A stretch of 64,000 bases of DNA from Planctomycetota bacterium (lineage in GTDB: Bacteria; Planctomycetota; UBA8108; SXIK01). Positions 49,741-62,814 of the stretch are shown piece after piece. The stretch lies in the NCBI GenBank assembly GCA_965223845.1, contig CBDCXR010000004.1, positions 5,728,001 through 5,792,000 of the forward strand, read 5' to 3'. A program made the translations under genes and the position numbers. The notes under the pieces are model-generated. The model was not told the DNA's origin and ran no database searches. It was given only the letters and a program-made list of their open reading frames with translations. Each line of letters starts with the position of its first letter. The stretch's first letter is position 1.

Positions 49741-50423
49741 TCCGGCTCCCGTCCGTCGTACTGGGACAAAAACGAAACCACGTTCTCGGAGATGAACTCC
49801 GAGCTCTTCCGCAGATTCTCCTCGACGGCGTCGAGCGCGTTCGGCTGAACCATCGCTTTGAATGTCCCCGAATTCTCGATATAGAGCGCGCTCGCGTCGT
49901 GCACGTACGACTCGATCCGGACGTCGAAGTGCTCCGGTTGACCGCTCGCGCTCGGGAAGAGTAGGCGAAACCCGAAGAAGCTCGCCGGACGCCCGAGCGG
50001 CTCGAGCTGACCGGGCGCGAGACGAAAGATCCGATGCGCGAGAAACTCCGAGGAAGTCTTGTAGCTGTTCGGAACCGAAATCGCACGCACCTTGTACTGC
50101 TGAACGAGGAGAAGCGGAATCCCGAGCCCCGAGAGAGTCACGCCCAACGCGGCGCGCATCTTTCGCCCGAACTGATCGACGGTGACGCCGGTGTGATTGT
50201 CGAGGAACTGCACGCGGTCGCGGAGGATCGTGACGTTGCTCGTGCCCTTTCCTTCGCTCGAGGTCTCCTCGATGCGCGCGCCGCCCTGAACGCGGGTGAA
50301 GTTCTCGTAGCCGCAGAGCCGGCAGAGCTTTGAGTAGACCTCGCGCAGCTTCTCCGCGTCGTGAGTCATCGGTACGTGGACGAAGTCGGCACTCAGGCTG
50401 ATCGTCCGCGGTTCACTGAGCAC
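49737..50423 (-). CDS. Hypothetical protein
   Basis: 228-aa ORF with normal composition, GGGAG RBS, 4-nt overlap with the downstream gene; no family recognised. Confidence 0.72.
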   Translation of the reverse strand: MLSEPRTISLSADFVHVPMTHDAEKLREVYSKLCRLCGYENFTRVQGGARIEETSSEGKGTSNVTILRDRVQFLDNHTGVTVDQFGRKMRAALGVTLSGLGIPLLLVQQYKVRAISVPNSYKTSSEFLAHRIFRLAPGQLEPLGRPASFFGFRLLFPSASGQPEHFDVRIESYVHDASALYIENSGTFKAMVQPNALDAVEENLRKSSEFISENVVSFLSQYDGREPE

Positions 50424-50600
50424 GTCTTATCTCCCGAATGAGCGGCGATCCCTCGACAACGAAGCTCGGCGACCCGCCCGAGGGGCATTCGGATGCTCGA
50501 GCCCTACCAGGAAGAGCTTCGCTCGAAGCTCGCGAGAAGCGAAAGAAGACGGAGGTGAGACGATGCGATGCAGCGAACGCTCGCGGGATACACTCAGCGA

Positions 50601-52658
50601 TCAATCGAGAATCAATCCCCAGTCCCGCAATTCGTCCTGATAGCCGCGGCAGGCGCGCTCATTCTTGATCCCCCGCACCGACAGAACGGTCGAATTGAGT
50701 CTTTCGAACGGGATCTCTTTCCGTTCGAGGAATTCGGCGAGACGATCGCCGGACTCCTCGCTTTGCGCGCGGAGAAGAAGGGCCTTTTGTCGCCGGACGA
50801 ACTCGACGCCGTCCATCCATTCACGGAGCGCGAATTTGACATTCGACGGAATCGTTCCGAACGCACTTTGCTCGAGGAAATCGACGATCTCGAGGCGCTT
50901 CGCACCGGCGACGATCGCCCGCTTCACGCTTTCGCGCGTGATGCGGTAGCGCTTGATGTAGTCGGAGTCTAGGCGATCGGCAAACTGACTGACGCGCCAG
51001 CTCCACTCCTCGGGCGCTTCGGGGTAAATCAGAATCTCGAAATCGGGGTTGAGGAGCATCAACGGTCCTGATCCGACGCGCGATGGGCCGTCGGCGCCGA
51101 CGAAGTTCCGCCCTAGCCGCGAGAGGCGCATCGTCGCGAACACGCCGCCTCGATACCCGATATCGATGACGCCGAGGAGCGCGACGCGATGGAGCACCCA
51201 GTAGGAGAGCTGACGGTGGAGATCGGGGAGGGAAACGACGAGTCGGCGATGCCCGACGTCGTCCTTCCGGAGACGATCGTAGGTCGCGCGGACGCCCGTC
51301 GCATCGAGCTCATTCAGATAGCGGGCGACCACCGCGTCGAGAAACGGCCGGACGAGGAGCCAACCGCAGTCGCCCCGGTCGCGCAGCTCTTCGAGGAAAA
51401 GCTCTCGCAGCCGATCTTGGTGGAAGCTCCACTGTCGGCCGCGCTCTTCGCGACAGTAAACTTCGAAGATGCGGTCGACTTTCTTTCCGAGCGCGAGTCG
51501 GCGCCAAGCTTTCACGCGAAGCGCATCGATCGTCACGTTCTGACCGTCGACTTCGAACCAGCGAAGACGCTGGGCGACCGAGAAGAGATGTTGAATGAGC
51601 GACCCGTCGATCAGCTCGGAGTGCTGAGCGAGAACGAACGAGCTGCGGAGCTTTTCGTCGACCTTCTTATAGATCCGGCCATCGCGGGTGAGGTAGGTCT
51701 TCTCTCGCTTCAGCAGCTCGGGAAGGCGCTCGAGGTCGATGATGAGGTCGGCACCGAGCGAGATCTCGCGGTCGTTCGCTTCCGTACCCTCCGCATCTTC
51801 GCTCGCTGCGGCTCGCGCCATGCGCGCGCGGTACACCTCGCCCTGATCGAGCACGATCGCCTGCTCTTCGGTGTCGACGCCGTAGGCCTTGAGAGAGAGT
51901 ACACCCGTCGTGCCCGCACCAACCGCCTCGAGCGCGTCCCGCCATTCGTCGCGATCGATCGCGGTCTCGTCGTCGTCGCTCGAAAGCGAACCGGCCTCGA
52001 GCTCGTTCGGTGCGTCCTCCTCGCTCGCCGCGCTGAGCAGGCGCTCGACATGCCTCGAGAGCGTCAGGATCCCGCCTTCCTCCTCGAGCGCAGTACGGGC
52101 GAGCGAGCGAAGATCGGGATCGGAAATGGCATCGAGGCGCTCGAGGAGCGATGCGGAATCGGAGCCGACGAGCGCAGATCCACCATTTAGTGCGAGAATC
52201 TCGGCCGGCGAGCGCGCGTCGAGCTGCAGCGTGCAGCGAAGCGCAACGCCGAGCTCCTCGGGGATCGTAAACTCGACTCCCGTCGCCTCGGGAGAACGTC
52301 CGCGCTGCGCGATGTAGCCGGATTCCTGAAGCGTGCGAAGGATCGTCTCGACTTCGTAGTCTTCGATCGTTCGGCCGTGCTCCTTCCCGCGAATCTCGTC
52401 GACCGTTCCGGTGAAGGAATCGCCGCTGAGTAGGAGTGCGCTCAGAAACGCCTTCTGTGAACGATTGAGACTGTCGAAGCGATCGCGCACGGTTCGGTAG
52501 TTCGTCATCGCCTCGACGAGATCTTCGCGCAGACGATCCTTCGAGCTCAGCAGTGCGCGGCCGGGAAACCAGTGGAGATACAGGCCTTGGAGCTGCGCCT
52601 TCGGCAACTCATCGAGTACCGTTTGGAGGGGAATAGAAGGCATGGAGTTCTCGAACAT
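50601..52658 (-). CDS. XPB-associated protein with C-terminal Helicase_C_3-like domain
   Basis: C-terminal LLNPDFEILI...YRITRESVKRAIVAG...IVDFLEQ...IPSNVKFALREW resembles the XPB N-terminal domain; LTRDGRIYKK; adjacent to XPB. Confidence 0.78.
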   Translation of the reverse strand: MFENSMPSIPLQTVLDELPKAQLQGLYLHWFPGRALLSSKDRLREDLVEAMTNYRTVRDRFDSLNRSQKAFLSALLLSGDSFTGTVDEIRGKEHGRTIEDYEVETILRTLQESGYIAQRGRSPEATGVEFTIPEELGVALRCTLQLDARSPAEILALNGGSALVGSDSASLLERLDAISDPDLRSLARTALEEEGGILTLSRHVERLLSAASEEDAPNELEAGSLSSDDDETAIDRDEWRDALEAVGAGTTGVLSLKAYGVDTEEQAIVLDQGEVYRARMARAAASEDAEGTEANDREISLGADLIIDLERLPELLKREKTYLTRDGRIYKKVDEKLRSSFVLAQHSELIDGSLIQHLFSVAQRLRWFEVDGQNVTIDALRVKAWRRLALGKKVDRIFEVYCREERGRQWSFHQDRLRELFLEELRDRGDCGWLLVRPFLDAVVARYLNELDATGVRATYDRLRKDDVGHRRLVVSLPDLHRQLSYWVLHRVALLGVIDIGYRGGVFATMRLSRLGRNFVGADGPSRVGSGPLMLLNPDFEILIYPEAPEEWSWRVSQFADRLDSDYIKRYRITRESVKRAIVAGAKRLEIVDFLEQSAFGTIPSNVKFALREWMDGVEFVRRQKALLLRAQSEESGDRLAEFLERKEIPFERLNSTVLSVRGIKNERACRGYQDELRDWGLILD

Positions 52659-52714
52659 CCTCGCTCCGAATCCGCCACTGGCGGCGCGCGGCGCTCGAGG
52701 CGCGTGCGACTCAT

Positions 52715-54649
52715 CTACGGAGCTCTCTTCGCTGCTTGCTGGACGAACGCACCGTAGCGAACTTCGGCGCGCATCCGTTCGTCGACGGCCGACCCCGCGG
52801 CGACACTGTCGTCGGCGACGCGCGGCGTGATCGCCACCCGGGACGGCCGCGATCCGTTTGTCGCGGCGGCGGAATCGCCGGCGCAAGGGCGCGGATCGGA
52901 AGTGGAGCGACGCGATTCACGTTCTTCGATCGCGTATCGGTAACCTTGCTCCGTCAAAAAACGTTGTCGCTTCTCGGCGAACTCCTGCTCGGAAGTTCCC
53001 TGAGTGACGACCGAATAGAACACGGCGCCCTTGCCGCCGGCCTTCGGACGAAGGATGCGGCCGAGGCGCTGCGCCTCCTCTTGTCGCGACCCGAACGTTC
53101 CCGACACTTGAATCGCGACCGTCGCGTCGGGAAGATCGACCGCGAAGTTGCCCACCTTGCTCACGATCAACACGGGAAGATCGCCGTCACGGAACTCCGC
53201 GTACAACTCTTCGCGCTGACCCGTCGCGGTTCTGCCGGTGATGAGCGGAGCCCCGATCTCGCGCTGGATGCGCTTGAGCTGGTCGATGTACTGACCGATG
53301 ATGAGCACGCGCTCACCGGGGTGGCGCTCGATCAGCTCGCGCACGACCCCGAGCTTCGCCTGATTCTCCGACGCGAGACGGAACAAGCGGCGTCGATCGA
53401 GCTCGGAGCTCGCCGCGTCCACCCCATCGGCGAATGGCACGCGGATCTCGACGCAGCTCGCCGTCGCGATCCACCCGCCGCTCTCGAGGGAGCGCCAGGG
53501 AACACCGTACTTCCGCGGCCCGATGAGGCTGAAGACCTCCGCTTCGCGTCCGTCCTCGCGCACGAGCGTCGCGGTAAGACCGAGCCGACGCGTAGCCTGG
53601 ATCTGCGCGGTAAACCGAAACACCGGAGCCGGGAGGAGATGCACCTCGTCGTAGACGATGATCCCCCACTGCCTCGCCGTGAAGAGTCGGTAGTGAAGGA
53701 AGTCCTTCGTGTGGCGATCGCGGTAGGTGAGCATCTGATACGTGGTGAGCGTGATCGGGCGGATCTCTTTCTGATCTCCGCTGTACTCTCCGATCTCCTC
53801 GGGCGAGAGTCGCGTCTTGTCGAGGAGCTCTCGCTTCCACTGCCGGAGCGCGGTCGTGTTCGTCGTCAAGATCAGGGCCTGCGCACCGACCCGTTCGAGA
53901 ACACCGATCGCGACCACGGTCTTCCCCGCCCCGCACGGAAGGGTGACGACACCGCTTCCGCCCGTCACTCGACCGCCATCGTAGAATGCGTCGATCGCCG
54001 CGCGCTGATACGGCCGGAGCGCGAAGGGTTCACCCGTGCTCCCGTGCGCGTCTCGGAGGTCGATGGCGAGCGTGGCTCCGTCCTGGTAGCCCGCGAGATC
54101 CTCGACGGGAAATCCGCGCTTGATGAGCGCGATCTTGAGCGAGCCGCGACACTCCGGTCGGATGGGAACGAGGATGGGCTGCTCCTCACCGGAGTCGAGC
54201 TCGCGCGCCTCCTCGCTCGATGACGTTCCCGGCGCATCGGAGCGGCCTTCGACTTCGAGACACTCGAGAACGCTCGTCGTCTCTCGAATCTCGTCCCAGA
54301 TCGAGGGCTTGTCGATGCGAAGACACACTCTGCCGCCGCTCGAGACAAGCTGGACACAGCCGTAGCGCGAGACGAAATCGACGATCTCGTCGCGCACGCT
54401 CGCGGGAACGGGATACTTCGCTGATTCGCTCAGGAACGCGAGGATGGCATCGCTCGACATCCCGGTCGCCGCAGCGTTCCACAGGGAGAGCTTCGTGATG
54501 CGATAGATGTGGACGTAGTGAGGGCTTTTCTCCAGCTCGGCGAATCGCACGAGCTGATCCGACGCTTCCCGAAAGTCCGGGTGATGAACCTCGAGGTAGA
54601 TCGAGCGATCCCCTTGGACGACCAAAGGGCGGGAAGCATTCGTCGGCAT
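52715..54649 (-). CDS. DNA repair helicase XPB (Ssl2/Rad25 family SF2)
   Basis: PLVVQGDRSIYLEV, FAELEKSP, LRPYQ, LPCGAGKT, DEVHLLPAPVF, LGLTATLVREDG, QEEAQRLGRILRPK. Confidence 0.95.
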   Translation of the reverse strand: MPTNASRPLVVQGDRSIYLEVHHPDFREASDQLVRFAELEKSPHYVHIYRITKLSLWNAAATGMSSDAILAFLSESAKYPVPASVRDEIVDFVSRYGCVQLVSSGGRVCLRIDKPSIWDEIRETTSVLECLEVEGRSDAPGTSSSEEARELDSGEEQPILVPIRPECRGSLKIALIKRGFPVEDLAGYQDGATLAIDLRDAHGSTGEPFALRPYQRAAIDAFYDGGRVTGGSGVVTLPCGAGKTVVAIGVLERVGAQALILTTNTTALRQWKRELLDKTRLSPEEIGEYSGDQKEIRPITLTTYQMLTYRDRHTKDFLHYRLFTARQWGIIVYDEVHLLPAPVFRFTAQIQATRRLGLTATLVREDGREAEVFSLIGPRKYGVPWRSLESGGWIATASCVEIRVPFADGVDAASSELDRRRLFRLASENQAKLGVVRELIERHPGERVLIIGQYIDQLKRIQREIGAPLITGRTATGQREELYAEFRDGDLPVLIVSKVGNFAVDLPDATVAIQVSGTFGSRQEEAQRLGRILRPKAGGKGAVFYSVVTQGTSEQEFAEKRQRFLTEQGYRYAIEERESRRSTSDPRPCAGDSAAATNGSRPSRVAITPRVADDSVAAGSAVDERMRAEVRYGAFVQQAAKRAP

Positions 54650-55045
54650 AGAAGACCCCAATCGACCCAGGTCTCTCCCGCCAGGAAGGTCTGGTGCCGC
54701 ACTTCGCCGACAGATCGCCCCTCGCGTGCCGACGCCGGTTCCTTCGAACTCGGACACACGGATCTACCCGTCGTGCAGCGATCTTCGCTTCGACCCCGCC
54801 GCGCGGTGCACGGCGGATAGGGAAGATCGCAGTCCCTCCAATCCCTGGCGGAGACGCACTAGTGTACCGATTCGGTGGTCGTTCGGGCACCCTCTTTGAA
54901 CGATGTCGCGGCAAGAGTCCGCGCGCGCCGAAGAGATTCTTTTCTTGACCTCTTCGGAACGCGATGTTCTCGCCCGACCGACGCGGCGCGCGCGCGAGCA
55001 CACACGGAAGCAGTGGCGAACTCGACGACGAGGCGAGTCGATGCT

Positions 55046-57694
55046 CTACGACTTTGCTTCGTCGTCCGCTCCGTCTTCGCCGGCCGACTCGCCGTGCTCG
55101 TCGACGTTTTCGACCGGGTCATCGTCGGCCGACTCGACCGAGCCGGCGTCCGCTTCAGCGATTTCCGCGGACTCCGTCGCGTCCGGATCCGAAGCGCCGA
55201 CGGCGTCCGCCTCATCTTCGTCCCGAGCGACGGCCTCGACTCCGATCAGCTCGTCTCCCTCGCGCACGTTCATGACCTTGACGCCCTGCGTCGCCCGGCC
55301 GATCGTGCGGATGCTCGCGACGTCGGTCCGGATGAGGATCCCACCGCGCGTGATGAGCACGACATCTTCGTCCCCCGTCACCGCCTTGAGCGCGACGACA
55401 GGCCCGTTTCGCTCCGAGACCTTGATATTGATGAGCCCGCTCCCGTTCCGCTTTTGGAGACGGTAGTCATCGACGCTCGTCCTCTTCCCGTAACCGCGGG
55501 CGCAAACCGTGAGGAGAGTGATCCCCTCCGTTTCAGCCGCGAGCACGACCATGTCGACGACCTGGTCGTCACCGCGAAGATTGATGCCGCCGACGCCGGC
55601 CGCCGCGCGCCCCATCGGCCGAACGTCGGCGTTCCGGAACCGGATCGCCGCGCCGTTCCGCGTCCCGAGAACGAGCTCGTCCTCGGGTCGACAGACGGCC
55701 GCGCCGATGAGCTCGTCCTCGTCGCGGATCTTGATCGCGATGATGCCGGTCCGCTTCGGGCGCGAATAGGCCTCGAGGGGCGTCTTCTTGACGGTGCCCA
55801 TACGCGTGGCCATGACGACGAAGCGTTCCTCGTCAAACTCCTTTACGCAAACCTGCTGACTGACGACCTCCCCCGGTTGAAGCTGAACGAGATTGACCAT
55901 CGCCCGCCCGCGCGAAGTGCGAGCGAGATTCGGCAGCTCGTAGACCTTTCGCCAGTAGACGCGTCCGCGATTCGTGAAAAAGAGAATCGTGTCGTGCGTA
56001 GAAGCGACGAAGAGATCCTTGATAAAGTCGCCCTCCTTCGCCGTCGAGGCGGTGATGCCCCGGCCGCCGCGCCCCTGGCTCCGGTAGACCGATAGCGCCG
56101 TTCGCTTCACGTAGCCGGCGTTCGAGATGGTGACGACGACGTCCTCCTCGCTGATGAGGTCGGCGTAGTCGATGTCCTCGACGTCATCGATGATCTCGGT
56201 GCGCCGCTCATCGCCGTAGCGCTCGCGGATCTCCGCGAGATCTTCGAGGATGATCTGAAGGACGAGATTCTCGTCGGCGAGGATCGCCCGGAAGCGCGCG
56301 ATCTTCTCCCGAAGCTCCTCCATTTCGTCGACGAGCTTTTGCCGCTCCAGCCCGGTGAGGCGCTGGAGGCGCATGTTCAGGATTTCGCGTGCCTGAATCT
56401 CGGTGAAATCGAAGCGAGACATGAGACCCGAGTGGGCCTCTTCCACCGTCTTCGATCCCCGGATGAGCGCGATGATCTCGTCGATGTGATCGAGCGCCTT
56501 GAGAAGGCCCTCGACGATGTGAGCGCGTTCTTCCGCTCGCCGGAGCTGATATCGAGTGCGGCGCCGGATCACCTCGATCCGGTGCTTCTTGTACTCGTTC
56601 AGCATGTCCTTGAGCGTGAGCGTCTCGGGACGGCCGTTGACGAGCGCGATGTTGATGATGCTGTAGGTCGTTTGGAGAGAGGTGTGCTTGAAGAGCTGAT
56701 TGACGACGACCTCGGGATCGGCGTCCACCTTGAGCTCGACGACGAGCCTCACTCGCTTGTCACTCTCGTCACGCACGTCCGAAATCCCCGCGATGTACCC
56801 TTCGCGGATTCCGTGCGAGATCTTCTCGATGATGTTGACCTTGTTTTCCTGGTAAGGAAGCTCGGTGAAAACGATCGAGTCCTTCCGCTTGCCCTCCTCG
56901 ACGTGGTACTTCGACCGGACGGTAATGTGTCCGCGACCGGTGCGGTAGGCGCGGAGGATGCCGCCGCGTCCGCAGATCTGTGCCGCCGTCGGGAAGTCGG
57001 GCCCGGGGATGTGGGCCATCAGCTCCTCGATGGTGATCTCGGGGTTCTCGATGAGCGCCTTGAGGCCGTCACAGACTTCGCCGACGTTGTGCGGAGGAAT
57101 GCGCGTCGCGAGGCCGACGGCGATTCCGGTGGAACCGTTGCAGAGAAGGTTCGGGAATCGCGCCGGGAGGATCGTCGGCTCGTCCATTCGATCATCGAAT
57201 GTGCGTGCCGTATCGACCGTCTCCATGTCGATGTCTTGGAGGAGGTCGACGGTCGGCGCTAGCATGCGCGCTTCGGTGTATCGCATCGCCGCGGGGGGAT
57301 CGCCATCGACCGACCCGAAGTTCCCCTGTCCGTCGACGAGCATGTAGCGAGTGCTGAACGACTGCGCCATGCGAACGAGAGTCGGATAGATCGCCTGGTC
57401 GCCGTGCGGGTGGTAGTTGCCCATACACTCGCCGACGATCTTTGCGCACTTCATGTACTTCGCGCGCGGCGAGAGGTTGAGGTCGTTCATCGCCACGAGG
57501 ATGCGGCGCTGCGAGGGCTTCAGGCCGTCGCGGACGTCCGGGAGCGCCCGTGAGACGATGACGCTCATCGCGTACGTCAGGTACGACTCCTTCAGCTCGT
57601 CTTCGATGTCGTGATCGACGATGCGCTCGTTCGAGAACACATCGCTCGAGTCGCGACCCTCAGGGTCTTGATCGGTCCGATCATCATCGGCCAT
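55046..57694 (-). CDS. gyrA: DNA gyrase subunit A
   Basis: [27 protein letters not shown], GyrA-box QGRGGRG, pinwheel repeats, acidic tail. Confidence 0.98.
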   Translation of the reverse strand: MADDDRTDQDPEGRDSSDVFSNERIVDHDIEDELKESYLTYAMSVIVSRALPDVRDGLKPSQRRILVAMNDLNLSPRAKYMKCAKIVGECMGNYHPHGDQAIYPTLVRMAQSFSTRYMLVDGQGNFGSVDGDPPAAMRYTEARMLAPTVDLLQDIDMETVDTARTFDDRMDEPTILPARFPNLLCNGSTGIAVGLATRIPPHNVGEVCDGLKALIENPEITIEELMAHIPGPDFPTAAQICGRGGILRAYRTGRGHITVRSKYHVEEGKRKDSIVFTELPYQENKVNIIEKISHGIREGYIAGISDVRDESDKRVRLVVELKVDADPEVVVNQLFKHTSLQTTYSIINIALVNGRPETLTLKDMLNEYKKHRIEVIRRRTRYQLRRAEERAHIVEGLLKALDHIDEIIALIRGSKTVEEAHSGLMSRFDFTEIQAREILNMRLQRLTGLERQKLVDEMEELREKIARFRAILADENLVLQIILEDLAEIRERYGDERRTEIIDDVEDIDYADLISEEDVVVTISNAGYVKRTALSVYRSQGRGGRGITASTAKEGDFIKDLFVASTHDTILFFTNRGRVYWRKVYELPNLARTSRGRAMVNLVQLQPGEVVSQQVCVKEFDEERFVVMATRMGTVKKTPLEAYSRPKRTGIIAIKIRDEDELIGAAVCRPEDELVLGTRNGAAIRFRNADVRPMGRAAAGVGGINLRGDDQVVDMVVLAAETEGITLLTVCARGYGKRTSVDDYRLQKRNGSGLINIKVSERNGPVVALKAVTGDEDVVLITRGGILIRTDVASIRTIGRATQGVKVMNVREGDELIGVEAVARDEDEADAVGASDPDATESAEIAEADAGSVESADDDPVENVDEHGESAGEDGADDEAKS

Positions 57695-57814
57695 AACTGG
57701 ATTTCCTTGCCTTCTGCTCGGGCCCGGGTGCGCATTTCATCGGCGGGTCCGCTCTCTCGAATCGGAATCTCGAACGAGAGCAAGGGAACGACCGCTCGGC
57801 GACTCGGGCGCCGC

Positions 57815-60382
<2,568 letters not shown>

Positions 60383-60503
60383 TCACCGCCCCCGAGGAAG
60401 TGGTTCTCGATCGTTCCAAGCGTCCTCGTCGCTGAGTTTCTGTTGTCCTTCCACCGCCGCGGTGCGCGCGCTCTGCCGTGGTCGATCTGGGTGCATCCAC
60501 GGG

Positions 60504-60950
60504 TTAGAACGACCCCGACCGGAAGCGAATCGACCGAACGCCGCCGAACTCACCGGAGGCCTGGACGGAGGCGAGAATCTCCTCGGCGAAGTACGTGGAA
60601 AGCTCCCCGAGAAGCGCCGGAGACGAGACCTCCACCAAGAGCTCCCCGCGTTTCAGATCGACGATGCGTGACTTTTCTGCGATGCGAGCTCCGACGATGT
60701 CGGGCCACTTCGCGTAGAGACTCGCCGTGTCGACTCGCTTCTTGACGTCGGCTCGCTTCAACCAACCGTCGAGGAGAGATTCGATCGACTCGAACCCGCG
60801 CGCCGACGGCTTCGAACTCGTCGGCTTGGCTCCGCTCGCTCGCGACGCAGCGATCGATGGAGCTCGTCCGCGCGCGCGGCTCCGGGCGTCTCGCTCGTTC
60901 TTTCGCTCGGTCAACGACCCAACTCCCCGCTTACTGTTTCGCCGGTCCAT
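60504..60950 (-). CDS. DUF721 / DciA-family protein
   Basis: WPDIVGARIAEKSRIVDLKRGELLVEVSSPALLGEL...IRFR; canonical position between dnaN and gyrB. Confidence 0.82.
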   Translation of the reverse strand: MDRRNSKRGVGSLTERKNERDARSRARGRAPSIAASRASGAKPTSSKPSARGFESIESLLDGWLKRADVKKRVDTASLYAKWPDIVGARIAEKSRIVDLKRGELLVEVSSPALLGELSTYFAEEILASVQASGEFGGVRSIRFRSGSF

Positions 60951-62055
60951 CGTTCACGAGCGGCATGATGAGATGTCGATAGCTCCGCCGACCTCTGAGC
61001 GTTCCCGGCTTACTCCCGCCGCCGAATTCGAAGCGAAGCTCGTCCTCGGGGACGCAGCGGAGAGCATCGAGGAAGTAGTTCGGGTTAAAGCGAATCTCGA
61101 CCGCTTCTTCGCCTTGCGCCTCCACCGGCACTTCGATGTTCGATTCACCGATGTTCGACGCCTTCGTCTGCAGCCGCAGGATCGAGTCTTCAAAACGGAA
61201 GGAAATCGTCGAAGTTTCCTTGTCCGTCATGAGACTCGCCGCCTTGACCGCCGCGAGAAGGTCCGCGCGCTTCGCCATGACCTTTAGATTGGACTGCTGG
61301 TCCATGATCCAGCGGTAATCGGGAAACTTGCCCTGGATCAGCTTTGCGCTGAGATGCCCGCGACCGAAGCCGACCTGCACCTCGTTCTCGCTGAGCGAGA
61401 GATCGAACCGAGGTGTTCCCTGCGCGACGACCTTGAGGATCGTATCGACCGCACGGTTCGGGACGATCGCGGCGACCGGCTCCCCTTCACCCTCGACGAT
61501 GCGCACCCGGTCGTTCGTGAGGCGCTTTCCGTCCGTCGCCGTGAGGATCAACTGGTCCTCCTCGAACTCGAACAGCACTCCTGTGAGCTGGTAGCGAGCC
61601 GGATCGTGTGAGCTGGCGACCGCAACGCGACGCAGCGATTCGATGAACTCGTCGCGGTCGATCGATCGCGCTCCCTCGCCGGAAAAGCTCGAGAGTCGAG
61701 GAAACTCTGCCGGATCGTCTCCGAGGACGCGAAGCTCGAAGCCGTCGGTCTGCACCGTGAGACCCCGGCCGCCCTCGAGTCCGTCGAGCTGAACCTCGCG
61801 ATCGGGAAGCTCTCGCACGAGCGATGCAAACCGCGCCGCCGGCGCCGTGACTTCGCCCGGCTCGGAGACTTCCGCCCGCTCGATCGTGAGCCGAGATCCC
61901 ATATCGAGATCCATCGCTTCGACGTGGAGCTGATCGTTCTCGGCGGTGAGATGGAAATTGAGGAGGATCGGCTTCGGCGTCTGCGCGGCGGGAATGATCC
62001 CCGAAAGCGCACCGAGCGCCTCGCTCAACTCGGAGCGGTCACAGCGAACCTTCAT
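60931..62055 (-). CDS. dnaN: DNA polymerase III beta sliding clamp
   Basis: PKPILLN, DPAEFP, RYQLTGVLFE, ATDGKRL, LIQGKFPDY, FNPNYFLDAL, LIMPL. Confidence 0.96.
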   Translation of the reverse strand: MKVRCDRSELSEALGALSGIIPAAQTPKPILLNFHLTAENDQLHVEAMDLDMGSRLTIERAEVSEPGEVTAPAARFASLVRELPDREVQLDGLEGGRGLTVQTDGFELRVLGDDPAEFPRLSSFSGEGARSIDRDEFIESLRRVAVASSHDPARYQLTGVLFEFEEDQLILTATDGKRLTNDRVRIVEGEGEPVAAIVPNRAVDTILKVVAQGTPRFDLSLSENEVQVGFGRGHLSAKLIQGKFPDYRWIMDQQSNLKVMAKRADLLAAVKAASLMTDKETSTISFRFEDSILRLQTKASNIGESNIEVPVEAQGEEAVEIRFNPNYFLDALRCVPEDELRFEFGGGSKPGTLRGRRSYRHLIMPLVNDGPAKQ

Positions 62056-62334
62056 TGGAACTCAACTTTCTGTAGCCTTCGTTTCTCGGGGTCGAACCCG
62101 ACCGGGGAGGAACACTCCCGGCGCGACCGGCCTGAAACTGCACGTCTTGACGTGGCTTCGACTTCCCAGACGGGATCCCGGGGATAAAGAAAACTCGACG
62201 GCGGGAGGGTGGAATGACGAGGAGGATCGCCCCTTCCAACGCTGCCTCGCCCCCACTGGTTCTTCTTCGACGTCGAGCCAACAACCCGACGCGATCTCGC
62301 CGGTACTCGACTCGAAGCACGATGGGGCGGGCTC

Positions 62335-62811
62335 CTATCCCGTCGATTGTTCGTTGTGACGATTGTCCCCCGGATCCTTGCGCTCTCCGTCGAACTGGCT
62401 GCCGGTGTAAGCGGGAAACTCTCGCCGAAGCGCGAACGCCGCGACACCGGCGCAGGCAGCGAGAACGAAAACGCCGCCGAAACTCACGCTCGGTTCACCG
62501 AGAGCTCCGCCGTCGTCACTCGGCACCGTCCAGTGAACCTTCCCCGCGAGGTACGTGAGCGAGTGCGAAAACACCAAGACCACGAGACCCGCCTTCACGT
62601 CCGAACGAAGACCGCAGCACCGAAATCCGACAACGCTCGCCAGCAGCGCTATCCACAGGAAAAGAATGGGGCCGAACCAGCTCTCGAGAAGATCTCCGGA
62701 GATCAGCGTCGAGTGCGTCGCAATGAGAACAAACGAACCCGCGAGCGCGAAGCCGACGGAGAACGAACGCGCCTCGCGTGAATCGGCCTGCTGCGTCGCT
62801 CTCACGCCCAT
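62335..62811 (-). CDS. Hypothetical membrane protein
   Basis: 158-aa ORF with about 4 hydrophobic segments in the dnaA-dnaN interval; no clear RBS or family. Confidence 0.4.
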   Translation of the reverse strand: MGVRATQQADSREARSFSVGFALAGSFVLIATHSTLISGDLLESWFGPILFLWIALLASVVGFRCCGLRSDVKAGLVVLVFSHSLTYLAGKVHWTVPSDDGGALGEPSVSFGGVFVLAACAGVAAFALRREFPAYTGSQFDGERKDPGDNRHNEQSTG

Positions 62812-62814
62812 CGG

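Noticed and set aside
54957-54969. GAAC-N5-GTTC upstream of XPB as a LexA/SOS box
   Set aside because: The spacer is 5 nt rather than the 4 nt of the GAAC-N4-GTTC box, and there is a single copy only.
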